Shown piece after piece: positions 50,295-63,922 of a DNA stretch of 64,000 nucleotides; the stretch's first letter is position 1; every line of letters begins with the position of its first letter. Below the pieces are notes generated by a model. That model was given only the letters and a program-made list of their open reading frames with translations. It searched no databases and was not told where the DNA came from. The DNA is from Malacoraja senta. Taxonomy: Eukaryota. The DNA is taken from the NCBI GenBank assembly GCA_038087875.1, contig JAXLNO010000600.1, positions 434,001 to 498,000 of the forward strand. The letters run 5' to 3'. A program made the translations under genes and the position numbers.

Positions 50295-51283
50295 GGTAGC
50301 AAAAACAGGAAGGCAGATTACTATCTAAATTGCGTCGTTGGGAAAAGGGGAAGTACAACGGGATCTGGGGGTCCTTGTACATCAGTCTATGAAAGTAAGC
50401 ATGCAGGTACAGCAGGCAGTGAAGAAAGCGAATGGCATGTTTTAGCCTTCATAACAAGAGGAGTTGAGTATAGGAGCAAAGAGCCCTAGTGAGACCACAC
50501 CTGGAGTATTGTGTGCAGTTTTGGTCCCCTAATTTGAGGAAGGACATTCTTGCTATTGAGGGAGTGCAGCGTAGGTTTACAAGGTTAATTCCCGGGATGG
50601 CGGGACGGTCATATGCTGAGAGAATGGAGCAGCTGGGCTTGTACACTCTGGAGTTTAGAAGGATGAGAGGGTATCTCATTGAAACATATAAGATTGTTAA
50701 GGGCTTGGACACACTAGAGGCAGGAAACATGTACCCGATGTTGGGGGAGTGCAGAACCAGGGGCCACAGTTTAAGAGTAAGGAGTAAGCCATTTAGAACG
50801 GAGACGAGGAAACACTTTTTCTCACAGAGAGTGGTGTCTGTGGAATTCCCTGCCTCAGAGGGCGGTGGAGGCAGGTTCTCTGGATTCTTTCAAGAGAGAG
50901 CTAGATAAGGCTCTTAAAAATAGCGGAGTCAGGGGATATGGGGAGGAGGCAGGAACGGGGTACTGATTTGGGGATGATCAGCCATGTGAATATGTGGTGA
51001 ATCTGTGGAATTCTCTGCCACAGAAGGTAGTTGAGGCCAGTTCATTGGCTATATTTAAGAGGGTTAGATGTGGTCCTTGTGGCTAAAGGGATCAGGGGGT
51101 ATGGAGAGAAGGCAGGTACAGGATACTGAATTGGATGATCAGCCATGATCATAATGAATGGCGGTGCAGGCTCGAAGGGCCGAATGGCCTACTCCTGCAC
51201 CTATTTTCTATGTTTCTATCACATTGAATGGCGGTGCTGGCTCGAAGGGCTGAATGGCCTACTCCTGCACCTATTGTCTATTG
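50295..51283 (+). mobile_element. CR1 fragment with a second-subfamily CR1 nested at about 50986-51219
   Basis: ORF 50489-50908; a tttctatg tail lies inside a tattgtc-tailed copy. Confidence 0.9.
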
Positions 51284-51812
51284 ACCTGTTTCCGTGCTGT
51301 ATGACACTATGAAATATTTATTCCTGAAACCAAATCATTCAAATAAATTACTTGGTTATTTTATAAGCAAAAGGATAAGATGATGATCATGTGAAATAGA
51401 AAGACAAAATACTGAAAGTACTCAACAGATCAGCCAGCATCTATGGAGAGAGCAATGGTCTCTCATTGTGTCTCTGTACAAGGAAGAACTAGAGGGCGTT
51501 GAGACCTTCGGATTCAGGGACAGTTTCTTCCCAGCTGTTATCAGTCAACTGAACCATCCTACCACGACTAGAGAGCGGTCCTGAACTACTATCTACCTCA
51601 TTCCTAAACTACCATCTACCTCATTGGAGACCCTCGGACTATACTTGATCGGGCTTTACTGGCTTAATCTTGCACTAAACGTCATTCTCTCATCATGTAT
51701 CTGTACACTGTGGACGGCTAGATTGTAATCATGTATTGTCTTTCCACTGACTGGATAGCACGCAACAAAAGCTTTTCACTGTGCCTCGACACTCGTGACA
51801 GTAAACAAACTA

Positions 51813-52762
51813 AACGTCCTGGTGGGGGATGGAGAGACTGGATATCCATGGCGAAGCGGGCACTGTGGGACTGGGGAAATATAGGATTGGAAGCTGTGGA
51901 GGCAAGATTGCCAGAGGTGCTGAGATCTTGGAAATGATGGCCTTCTTCAGACTCTTTTGCTCGTGTGGAACCGCGATGCGAAACGTCAACTGCAGGTGCG
52001 ATGGAATGATGTCCTGTTGGGAACACTGCAAAGCCCCAAAGTACCTAGGTGTGGCCCTCGATCGCACGTTATCATATCGCCAACATGTTGAGAAAACCAA
52101 GGCAAAGGTCAACACCCGGAACAAGGTCATCGAAAAATTTGCAAACAGCTCATTTGGAAGTGACCCAACAACAATCCGCACCTCAGCCCTGGCGCTCTGT
52201 TTCTCAGTGGCAGAATATGCAAGCCCCGTCTGGAGGCGCTCTCAACATGCAAGCAAGGTGGACTCTGCATTGAACACTGCCTGAAGTTTGAACACCTGTA
52301 CGAGCTGGCTGGCATCGATGAACCATCTCGAAGACGTGATCAGGCAGCTGCAGTAGAACGCTTCAATGCGGACACAGACCCCCGCCATCCCTTGCACAAT
52401 CACCAACATGCCAAGAAACGGCTGAAGAGTCAGAACAGCTTCATGGAACTAGAGCCAACCGTGCCAGACACCAAAACCAAACAACAGATGGTACCAGGAC
52501 ACCACCTGCCTTATACTACCCTGAAAGCCCTAATCCGCCTCCGCACTGGAGTGGGACGTTGCGGACTCAACTTGAAAAAGTGGGGCGTCTCGGACTCTGA
52601 CAAGTGCAACTGTGGAGAGGTACAGACAATGGCCCACCTACTGACTTGCGGCGGAGAGGCATGCACTGCGGACAATCTCCGCAGAGGGACAGATGTGGCA
52701 CTGGCTGCGGCAAAGCGATGGCAGAATGTTGTCTGTCACACGAGCGAAACCCTGAATGATGA
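51813..52762 (+). mobile_element. Vingi-like LINE 3' portion
   Basis: KYLGVALDRTLSY...ALALCFSVAEYASPVW; RLRTGVGRC...CNCGEVQTMAHLLTC. Confidence 0.85.
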
Positions 52763-53310
52763 AAGCCAATGTACTGAAAACCTTCTTGATCATCCTATTT
52801 ACCTGTAACATATGCCACTTTAAGGGAACTATGTACTCCGACCGCCGGCCTGCGGCCTACAACATCCTGAAGCCGCCGTCTCCGGTAGGAAAGTGCCGAT
52901 TCGGGCACTCCAAGCCGCGGAGTGTGTTCAACTGACCCGACGTCAGAGTTTGGATCATCCCGACGAGAGGGCCTGTACATCGGGCCGTCCGTAGCGGCGA
53001 CTATGGAGGGTTCATGGCCCCGACCAAGGGTGAACAAAGGAGGAGGACTGGCTGAAGTTTGTGCCTTCCACCACAGTGAAGAATGCTGTGGTGGATGTTT
53101 GTGTTAAATTCTATTGGGTATTGTGTGTTCCTTTTAAGTGTATCGCTGCCAGCAAATTCATTTCACTGCACCTTCGGGTGCATGTGACGAATAAAATTGA
53201 GTTTGACTTTACTTGCTCTCTTAGATCCCTCTGCTCTTCATCACTCCCCAGGGTCTTCCATTCATTGTGCAGACAGATGAGATTAGTTTAATTTGGTATT
53301 GTGTTAGCAT

Positions 53311-53631
53311 ACTTACTTACTTACTTACTTACTGACTATTATGCCTCCTGGAATGTAGGGCAGCAACGAAGGTCCTCCACTCAGTAGTTTTGATTCCTTC
53401 AGTTGCTGTTTCCGTAACATATTTGTTTTACGAGACAGGGTTGTTAGCCCTGTGCTCAACCTCCAACCTGGAGGACCAGTGGATCGCTCTTCGTCTCGCC
53501 TCTACCCTTCGACCTGTCCAGCATGGGAGACCCTAACAGGAGACGATTCTCCCGCTAGCATAGCTCTAGGGGTCACTGAGACACACAAGCTCCCCGACCA
53601 CGACAAGGTTGCAATCCCACGGGGAGTACTA
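53311..53631 (-). mobile_element. RTE-derived bipartite non-autonomous element
   Basis: Minus-strand 5' ACCTTGTCGTGGTCGGGGAGCTTG resembles an RTE/BovB 5' UTR; (TAAG)n tail; TSD tgttagcat (53302-53310 and 53632-53640). Confidence 0.75.
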
Positions 53632-54998
53632 TGTTAGCATTGACATTATGAACTAAAGGGCCTGTTCCTGTGCTTTATTGTTCTACGTTTAATGTTCTAG
53701 TTTATAAGGATCATAGGTCCCTCCTATTGGGCCAGCAGTGTACCACTTTAATATTCCAGTGATTTATTAAGTTAGCCTTCTCTACAAATGTTTAAACAAT
53801 CCTATTCCTATAATTTGGATGACATTACCACACATCGACATGATATATGGTGGTATCTACACATTTCCTATCCTTTATCAGGGCCATGGCATTTTAAGTT
53901 ATTATTTTGAGAGGGCAGAAGAAAGGAATTGCTTCCTAAATGACACTTTCAGCTCACAGAATATCTGTCCCAAAGAGTTACAGCTAATGACGTGATTTAT
54001 GGAATTATAAAAAAATATTGAAAATACTCAACAGGTCAGACGGCGTTTGCGGAGAGAGTAAGTTTCAGGTTGATTAACTGACATTGATTACTTTTCATCA
54101 GATGGGGAACATTTTGCAGAGAATGGGGGAGGGTGGAGAGAATTGAGGGAATGTGTGTGATCAGCAGGAAGCCTGCAGGACTGAGTGACAAACGTTTAGT
54201 TTAGAGATACAGCGCAGAAACTGGCTCTTCGACCCACCGTGTCCATGCTGACTGGCGATCACCCCATACAATATCACTTTCCTACACACACTAGGGACAA
54301 TTTACAATTTTACCGAAGCCAATTAACCTACAAACCTGTACGCCTTTGGAGTGTGGGAGGAAACCGGAGCACCCGGAGAAAACCCACGCGGGTCACAAAA
54401 TGAACGTACAAACTCAGTGGGTAGACAAAACTGCTGGAGAAACTCAGCGGGCGAGGCAGCATCTATGGAGAGAAGGAATGGGTGACGTTTCGGGTCGAGA
54501 CCCTTCTTCAGACTGATGAGGGGATGGGGGGGCGGGAAGAAGAAAGGAAGAGGCGGATACAGTGGGCTGTGGGAGAGCTGGGAAGGGGAGGGGGAAAGAG
54601 GGACAATCTCCGTAGTTAGGATGGAACCTGGGTCTCTGGCAATGTGAGGCAGCAGCTCTATCTGCTGCGCCACCGTGCTGCCCACAAGTGGTGGCGAATG
54701 CTTGTTCATCACAACTGGTCCGTTTGGAACAAGAGTGAACAGAAGAAAAACAATGAACGTAGAGGAGGGAGGAATAAATTCCATGGTGAAGCAGAGTCTC
54801 AAAATAGTGTGGTTTTGAAATAATAGGAAATGCTTGAAGTTGTCAACATGTCAGGTAGCATCAGTGGAGAGAGCACGTGAGAGAGAGACATTGTTGATGA
54901 CCTTTCAGAACAGACACAACCTGGAAAGTCTTAGTATCTGAAGTTGTTCAGTTCAATGTAGAAACAAGGACTGCACAAGCTGGTTTACCAAAGAAAGA

Positions 54999-55330
54999 CA
55001 CAAAAAGCTGGAGTAACTCAGCGGGTCAGGCAGCATCTGTGGAGAACATGGATAGGTGATGTTTCACAGAGTGCTGGAGTAACTCAGCGGGTCGGGCAGC
55101 ATCTCTGGAGAACATGGATAGGTGACGTTTCACAGAGTGCTGGAGTAACTCAGCGGGTCAGGCAGCATCTGTGGAGAAAATGGATAGGTGACGTTTCACA
55201 GAGTGCTGGAGTAACTCAGCGGGTCAGGCAGCATCTGTGGAGAAAATGGATAGATGACATTTCACAGAGTGCTGGAGTAACTCAGCGGCAGGCAGCATCT
55301 GTGGAGAACATGGATAGGTGACGTTTTTGG
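54999..55330 (-). repeat. Five tandem 66-bp Penelope tail units
   Basis: gctggagtaac recurs at 55007, 55073, 55139, 55205 and 55271. Confidence 0.95.
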
Positions 55331-57011
55331 TCGGGACCCTTCTTTAGACTCAAAATGCATCAGTACAGAGAGGAGCAGGTACAATGAAAATCTTGTTTGC
55401 AGCAGCATCACAGGGACATAGATGCAGACAACCCAAGAAACATTAATTACAGAATAGGAAGGAATCTTTCTTTTGAAGTGAAAGTGTATGACACGGAAGT
55501 AGGCAAAAATGCTGGAGAAACTCAGCGGGTGAGGCAGCATCTATGGAACGAAGGTGAGGTGACGTTTTGGGTCGAGACACGAAACGTCACTTATTCCTTC
55601 GCTCCATAGATGCTGCCTCACCCGCTGAGTTTCTCCAGCATTTTTGTCTACCTTCGATTTTTCCAGCATCTGCAGTTCTTTCTTAAACATTTTGACACAG
55701 AGAGTGGTTGATGTCTGGAACTTGGTGTGGTTGCCAGGAGAGTTTTAGTTTAGTTTAGAGATGCAGCAAGTAAACAGGCCCTTCGGCCTACCGAGTCCGC
55801 AACGACCAGCGATCCCCGCACATTAAAACTACCCTACACACACAAGGGCCAATTTACATATATACCAAGCCAATCAACCTACAAACCTCTACGTCTTTGG
55901 AGTTTTGGGTGGAAACCGAAGATCTCGGAGAAAACCCTCGCAGTTCACAGGGAAAACGGACAAACTCCGTACAGACAGCACCCGTGCCAGAAACCTACAG
56001 GCATGTTTTAATTTGCAACTTTCCACCTTGCACATCAATGATCCTGTGATAGACTTTGTTTACATTAGTTCATTTTTCACCTTAAAGTGAGCGACCACAT
56101 TAAATATAGATCCACTTTGACAGAGCAGAGTTATATTACATTGAGAGGCATGAGTCCTGCTGTTATAATACACTACCAACACCTTTTAGAGACTTTTGCC
56201 TGTTAGTTTATTTTGCCTTTCCTATTTCTTTAATGTTCCCCATGAGATTTGTAACATTGTAATTTTTAATCAAATCCACTTTGGTTCACACATGACATCA
56301 GTGAATGATTTATTCCCCAACCAGCACCATCAAAACACAATTTAATGTTGTATTGGCAACTCGCTATGTACAAATGTGTGCCTTGTTTCTTACATAACTA
56401 AAACTGATAAGTGCTAACAGTCTGAAGAAGAGTCCCTACCTGAAACGTCACCTATCCATGTTCTCTAGAAATGCTGCCTGACCCACTGAGTTACTCCAGC
56501 ACTCTGTGAAATGTCACCTATCCATGTTCTCCACAGATGCTGCCTGACCCGCTGAGTTACTCCAGCACTCTGTGAAACGTCACCTATCCATCAAAAACAA
56601 TACACAATTGCAATAGAGCCATTTACAGAGTATAGATACATGATAAGGGAATAACGTTTAGTGCAAGGTTAAGCCAGCGAAGTCAGATCAAGGATAGTCC
56701 GAGGGTCACCAATGAGGTAGATAGTAGTTCAGCATTGCTCTCTGGTTGTGGTAGGATGATTCAGTTGCCTGGTAACAGCTGGGAAGAAACTTCACTGAAT
56801 CTGGAGGTTTGCGTTTTCACACTTCTGTACTACCTGCCTGATGGGAGAGGGGAGACGAGTTAGTGGCCAGGGTCCTTGATTATGCTGCTGGCCTTGTGAG
56901 GTACAAGTGGAGTCAATATGACAAGGGTCATTAGAATTAAAAGATAATATACTTGTACATCGGGTGTGAGTCTATGGTCTGGTTTTGAAGAGGGATAACC
57001 GAGAGGTCCCA

Positions 57012-58751
57012 TCTATCTATATTATACTAAAAGTCTTGTCTTGTTTGGGCGTCTGCCTGTCTGTCTGTGTGCGTGCGTGCGAGCGATCTCAAGGAACTAC
57101 GCCAACACGGTACACAATAGATTGAAAATGTTTGCAGAACCTTACTCAGCTTTTTCCCGTCGTCGTTCTTACAAGTTTCCTTCAGATTTGATGTTATATT
57201 TCACAAGTTATTGATATTTAACATTTACCATCTCACATTTACACAAGCTGCCGTGAAGATGGGATCTCAGCTGCCAATACACAAGCTATGGGAGTGTTTT
57301 TACATTGTTGTAAGGAGAGGGATGCAGTGGGGGAGATTTAAAAGTTTTAAAGTGACATTTAAAAGTTGGATTTCTTCAAATCTGCCCTGGCAGTTAGGTA
57401 GTTATGATGTCACACAGCCCTACCGGCCACAATGTTTCTATCCCAGAACACAGAATCCTTCACAGCAAATGGCTTTCACGGAAAGAATCTGCCAGCCTAA
57501 TCCAGCACAGGAAAGTTTAATGATTAGATTTGGATAACAAAAGATGGCCTTCTCGGTGGCACCTACATCACATTCAATCTTAGTGCAATTGTTTAAGTTT
57601 AAAACGACCTGCACAGTTGGGGGCTATGAGTGAGTGGTGGAATATTGCATTGGGGGAACGGGTTGCATTGGGGGAATAGAATAGAATAGAATGCCTTTTA
57701 TTGTCATTCAAACAGCTTGGTTTGAACGAAATTGCATTTTCTACAGTCTTAACATTACAAAAAAAAACAAGACCCACACTTAACACAATTTACACAAACA
57801 TCCATCACAGTGAATCTCCAACACCTCCTCACTGTGATGGCAGGCAAGAGTCTTATCTCTTCCCTTTGTTCTTCTCCCGCGGTCCAGTAGTCCAACTGCA
57901 ACGCCGAGGCGAACTGGGGCTCCCGATGTTAAAGCCCCCGGCGGGCGATGGTAAGTCCCGCGGCCGTTAAGCCACGCCGGGCGATGTTAGGCCCCGCTCC
58001 AAGTCATTTAACTCCGCGATTCCGACGGGAGAAATTGCCGTTGCGGGAGCTCCGAAAAGCGGTCTCCCACCAGGGACCTGCGAGCTCCCGATGTTACTGT
58101 CCACCGGTCCTACGACGGAGCCTCCGAAGCTCCGAAGTCGGGTCGCAGCCGCGTGTCACCACAGCTCTTCCCGTTCCGAAGTCAGCCAGCTCCACGACGG
58201 CGAGTCCGCAGGCTCCGCGACTGGAGCCCTCAGGTTGGTTCCGGTTGGAGGCCGCCACCGGCTCCACGATGTTAGGCCCAACGACATCGGAGACCCGACA
58301 GGGAAAAGTCAGGTCCCTGTACAGGGAAGAGATTAAACGGTTTCCCCCACCCCCCACATATACACAGCTAAAAAAAAAAAAAAAACTAGAATCAAAACAT
58401 ACATTTAACGAGACAAAAATTTTAAAAAGACAGACGGACTGCAGTCGAGCCGCCGCCGTTAGGCGCCGCCACACCACAACGGGTGAATGGTGGAACCTTA
58501 CGTTCTGAAACGGGTTGTGTTGGGGACCAGGCCTCCCGTGTGACAGGGAACCAACGGGTGATGGTGAAATCTTACGTTGGAGAACGGGTTGCGTTGGTCA
58601 ACCAGGCCCTCCGTGGGGGGCAATGGGTGAGTGGTGGATTATTGCATTGGGGGAATGGGTGAGTGGTGGAAAACGGGTTGTGTTGGGGGAACGGGTGAGT
58701 GGTGGGTTATTGCGTTGGGGGATGGGGCCCAACGGGTACCACTTGGTCTAG
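57012..58751 (+). mobile_element. Non-autonomous Helitron with a nested LINE-derived insert (about 57676-58475)
   Basis: A|TCTATCTATATTATACTAAAA 5' end; imperfect hairpin gggcccaacgggtacc then CTAG|T; no TSD; subterminal gggaacgggttg repeats. Confidence 0.8.
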
Positions 58752-60777
58752 TTAGAAAGGAGAGAAGGAATGGGTGACGTTTCGGGTCGAGACCCTTCAG
58801 ACTGAGTTAAGGGAGAGGGGAATACGGAGCTAAGGAAGTGTAAGGTGTGAAAACGAGACAAAGAGGATAGATATCAAGGAAAATGTAGAATAGATCATTG
58901 CTCAAATAAGTTGTTACTTTGCAAGTTAATCATAACCCTATTGCTGATTAGATGTTTCGGCAATCACTTGCTGCCAAGGACCTATCTCCCGTAATGGGAT
59001 TGGCACTATTTGTTCTTCATTAGTTGCCATCATCTGCAGGGTCAAGTAACTCATATCATCACTACCTGTGATCCAAATCATTAGGAGCACACTGCCTATA
59101 GCTGGAGCCCAAGGTCTTTTCACAGAGACGCTTCCCGCAGCGTTTCATCTGCTTCAAGCTCCCACCAGGCCTTTCATTTAAGACATCCTCCAAGAACTGC
59201 CTCTCCATTTTCAATTCTTTGCAGCCGCTTTCTTGCTGCAAACAGGAAACCAGTGTGTGGAGCATGTGGCACTTGGCACGCCCACCAGCTGGGGCTACTC
59301 CACTTCAAAAAGATCAATCGATTGAAAACATCTTTATGCCACAAATCATTAAAAATGGTTTATATTATCTTTTCTATTTCACTCGAGCCTGATGGGAAGT
59401 GGTTGACGCCTGCACCAATTGCCAGAGCCCTGGGTGTTGCCTTCCCAATCTCACACACTCTCCTCATAAACAGACCCTACCCACATCAAAAAAGTGGGTG
59501 GGGGCACGGCTTTATAGCTCTGTCGGGTTGAGGATCAAAGTATTTGACAGACACACATTTAGTGGGCGATCAAAGAGCAGGATATGTATTTACAATGTTA
59601 TCACAAAGAGGGCAGGAAGGATTCCACTGCTGGCTTCCAAGTCTTTGTTCATATAGCAATTAGTTATTGGGGAAAAAAACACATCATCAGCCCCCAGAGG
59701 ACTGCCCGCCATAGTCACATTGCACACACTGTGTAAAAGCTCTGCGTGCCAGAAAACACAGAGCTCGTCAACTGTAAGGAACCCAGTTGATATCCTCGAA
59801 ATACTGGCACGCAGATTTGCAAAGGATGTTGCCTCGTTAAATGAACTACATTTTCTCCATGTCTACTTTGCAATGGAAAAAAAGTATTTTTTAAAATCTA
59901 TGTATCAATAGCTGATGGTACTGAATGGCTTATTGGATCTTATTGAAACATATAAGATTATTAATGGTTTGGACACGCTAGAGGCAGGAAACATGTTCCC
60001 GATGTTGGAGGAGTCCAGAACCAGGGGGCCACAGTTTAAGAATAAGGGGTGAGCCATTTAGAACGGAGATGAGGAAACACTTTTTCACACAGAGAGTTGT
60101 GAGTCTGTGGAATTCTCTGCCTCAGAGGGCGGTGGAGGCCGGTTGTCTGGATACTTTCAAGAGAGAGCTAGATAGGGCTCTTAAAGATAGCGGAGTCGGG
60201 ATATGGGGAGAAGGCAGGAACGCGGTACTGATTGTGGATGATCAGCCATGATCACGTTGAATGGCGGTGCTGGCTCGAAGGGCCGAATGGCCTACTCCTG
60301 TACCTCTTGTCTATTGGCCCTGTATACGTTTACAAATCCTGCTTCTCATAACACGAGATAATCGACAAGAGTCTGAAGAGAATGGAATACTTTATTGTCA
60401 CGTCACAAGGCACAGTGAGATTCTTTGCTGCATACCCAGTGTATACAAATAGCGGCCACCTACGGCACTGACAAATTTACAAAGCACGCGGGATCGTCCC
60501 ACGTTCCATCCCCCCCCCGTCCTCCCCTGCCCCACAGAGGTTCCCCCACATCGGGTCCTCCTTTGTTCTTCCCCCTCCCTCACGGCAGTCCCCCCATGCC
60601 GGGTCGTCCATTGTTCTTCCCTATCCCTCATGGCGGTTCTGCCACACCGGGTTCTCGTTGTTCTTCCCCTCCTCCCCACCCCCCCTGTGCTCTCATCGAC
60701 CGCGAGTCGACCCACGAGGCTTTGCTGCCGCCGTGAGGCTTCACCACCATCGAGGCCCCATCGCCGCGAGGCTCCCA

Positions 60778-62095
60778 ATGTTCCCGATGTTGGGGGAGTC
60801 CAGAACCAGGGGCCACAGTTTAAGAATAAGGAGTAACCCATTTAGAACGGAGACGAGGAAACACATTTTCTCACAGAGAGTGGTGAGTCTGTGGAATTCT
60901 CTGCCTCAGAGGGCGGTGGAGGCAGATTCTCTGGATACTTTCAAGAGAGAGCTAGATATAGGTATGTTACAAAACTTACCTTCAGCGGCGCTGCAGTTCT
61001 GTCACTGGCTGTGTGCTCGACTTTGGCGCCTTTGAGGGGGGGCGGGGTTAAAATGCCGTTTTCTCCTACCTTTCCTATTTTCTCGGGGAGCTAGCAAATG
61101 CTGAAGATTTGTTCCGACGGCCGTTCTGTGAAATTCTTTTTTTAATCGCTGGTCCATTTCAGCGCTGGAGTAAACTAAAAAGCCGCTTTTAATGCCGTGA
61201 ACGCCGACAACGGGGACGGATTTCACGCACGGGACAGGTAAAGGAAAGCCGTTTATTTTACATATAAACGTGCTTCTTAGGATGCCTTTAATCCAAATTT
61301 TACGTTGCGAAAGGGTGATTTATTCCCCATACGAACCGGCAGTATTTTTCCTGCCGATATGGGGTTTAAATTCACCGCAAATGCAACGTTCCAATCGATC
61401 GCGTTCCAAAAAATCCCACTCGCAAGATTTAAATGGCCATTAATTTACAGGAATTAAACACTAAATTCCTTCCATTTGACCTATAAATTCATGACAATGA
61501 GATTTAAAAATCATGTTATATTGTGAATTATTGTGTGAATGTTATTTGGACACTTAGGCTATTTAAAAATATTAATCTTTTCTTAAGTAATGGATAGATG
61601 TTTAGATCTAGTAATTGAATTTTGTAATTAGCTATAATTGGGTAACTAACTAATTATATGCTTTAATTTCAGGTCATCCAAGTAAGATTGTTTCATATTT
61701 GTTTCAGAATGCTTCAATCTATAATAACTGAAAATTTCTTTCAGTTCTCTTAATTTTTAAGAAAGTTATGGGCTTTAAAGCAATAGGGAACTAGATGCTA
61801 ATTTCCGAGTATGAAAATGCTGAAGATATGAAAGTGAATTAGGTGTCAAATTAAACTTTTTTTTATGCTTTATCTGATGGAATAAATTGCAGACATGATT
61901 TTTAAAATCTCAAAATTTTGTAACATTGCTACTAGATAGGGCTCTTAAAAATAGCGGAGTCAGGGGATATGGGGAGAAGGCAGGAACGCGGTACTGATTG
62001 GGGATGATCAGCCATGATCATTGAATGGCGGTGTTGGATCGAAGGGCCAAATGGCCTACTCCTGCACCTATTGTCTATTGTCATTGTCTATTGTC
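60778..62095 (+). mobile_element. CR1 3' fragment split by a TIR element
   Basis: gagagctagata breaks at 60958 and resumes as ctagatagggctc at 61932. Confidence 0.9.
60959..61931. mobile_element. Second copy of the 7-bp-TSD TIR element
   Basis: ctagata|TAGGTATGTTACAAAA ... TTTTGTAACATTGCTA|ctagata; homologous to 49043-50032. Confidence 0.9.
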
Positions 62096-62784
62096 CACCA
62101 CTTTGTTGTGGGTTCCCGCGCCAACGCACAGACCTCAGCACGGAATCTGGGCTCGGATATCAAGGCCATGCCTAAGCTCCAGTAGCGTGTGAAACAATAA
62201 ACTGTAGACGCTAAAAATGTGCAGGTGGAGAGGGAAACAGAATACGTGTTTCAGATCAGTGACCTTAATCAGAACTCTGTGTTGGATCAGGAGTTTCAGA
62301 AGCATTTGATAGAACTGAGATGAAGTTCAGGTGTGCTCCAAATTAATGATGGCAAAATTGGTAAGCGATTATATTGTTCACATGTTCGGTTCACGAAGCA
62401 TTCTTGAACTTAAGATGCCGAGGGGGGGAAAAAAATTAACAAAGGAGAAAAATTACGCAGCAAAAATCTGCAGTAAATCTGAAAGAAAACTAAATAATTG
62501 CAAGAAACACTCAGCAGGTCAAGTAGCATCCACAGCGGGAGAAACAGAAGCAATGCCCTAGATCACCAGCAAGAAATATCAACCATGCTCCCCTCCCTCC
62601 CTCACTCAAAACATGTCAAACATTCCCTGCGCTTAGACACAAAAGGCTGGAGTACTCAGCGGGTCAGGCAGTATCTGTGGAGAAAAGGAATAGGTGACAT
62701 TTCGGATCGAGACCCTTCTTCAGATTGAGAGTCTGGGGAAAGGGAAACGAAAGATATATAGAAGATAAATAGAATAAATCCAGA

Positions 62785-63140
62785 ATAGTGAAAAGCTTGG
62801 ATGGAGTGGGTGTGGAGAGGATGTTTCCATTAGCGGGAGAGTCTAGAACTAGAGGACATAGCCTCAGAATTAAAGGACATTCTTATTTTTTGGGAAGGAG
62901 ATAAGGAGACATTTCTTTAGCCAGAGGGTGGTGAATCTGTGGAATTCATGCCACAGAAGGCTGTGGAGGATGTCAGTGGATATATTCAAGGCAGATTCGT
63001 GATTAGTATGGGTGTCAGGTTATAGGGAGAAGGCAGGAGAATGGGTATAGGTAGGGATAGAGAGGGAGACATAGATCAGCCATGATTGAATGGCGGAGTA
63101 GATGGGCCGAATGGCCTGATTCTACTCCTATTCCTTATGA
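62785..63140 (+). mobile_element. Older CR1 3' fragment
   Basis: gagtctagaactagaggacatagcc...gtggtgaatctgtggaattc...gggccgaatggcct. Confidence 0.8.
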
Positions 63141-63922
63141 CTTTAAATGAATGAAAGATTTGCGAAATGCATCGATGATCAAGGAAAGGTGGAGTGCGCG
63201 ATGGTCCATTGTTGGCAGTGGGATAGGTGTTAACGAGTTACACAGATTTATACTCGTGATCACCTACCCCAGAGCAACAATGGACCAGGTTCAGGAATAG
63301 CTACTGTCCTACAATTATCAGGTTCCTGAACCAACCCTAATTCTACCTCGACATTGGAACACCACGGACCACTTCTTGCACTACAGCGCCAGTTCGATCC
63401 TGACTACGGGTGCTTGCCTGAACGTAGTTTGTACCTGAGTGGGAGGTTTTCTCCGAGATCTTCGGTTTCCTCCCACACTCCAAAGACGTACAGGTCTGTA
63501 GGTTAATTGGCTTGGTATAAATGTAAAATTGTCCCTAGTGTGTAGAATAGTGTTAGTGTGCTGGGATCGCTGGTTGGCACGGTCTCAGTGGGCCGAAGCA
63601 AGAGCGGAACTCGCTATCAAAACATGGAGGGGACGGGGGACACAATTTTTTGGCGGCCATGCGCGCATGTGCACACACACACACACACACACACGCACGC
63701 GCGCGAGGCTTCGGAGGCTCAATCCAGCGCTAAATGCAGCTCAACTGCCTGTCACACCAGGTTAACTACACCCTGCCTGGACTGACGGGATACCAGCGCT
63801 GCTTCTCCGCGCTGGCCATATTTCCCGCAAGTCCAGGAAGGGTTGTAAGCTCACCTGGCGGGACAGGCAGAGTTAGCTGGGTTTAGCGCTGCTTCTCTGC
63901 GCTGGCCCGTCTGACTGCCGAC

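Noticed and set aside
54999..55330. CRISPR-like appearance of regular repeats
   Set aside because: Units are contiguous with no unique spacers, there are no cas genes, and the context is a eukaryotic TE.
59762..59832. SSTVRNPVDILEI resembles the next ABCB6 exon LSTVVNADQILVI
   Set aside because: No pyrimidine tract, no GT at the expected exon end, and similarity stops after 13 residues; probably chance.
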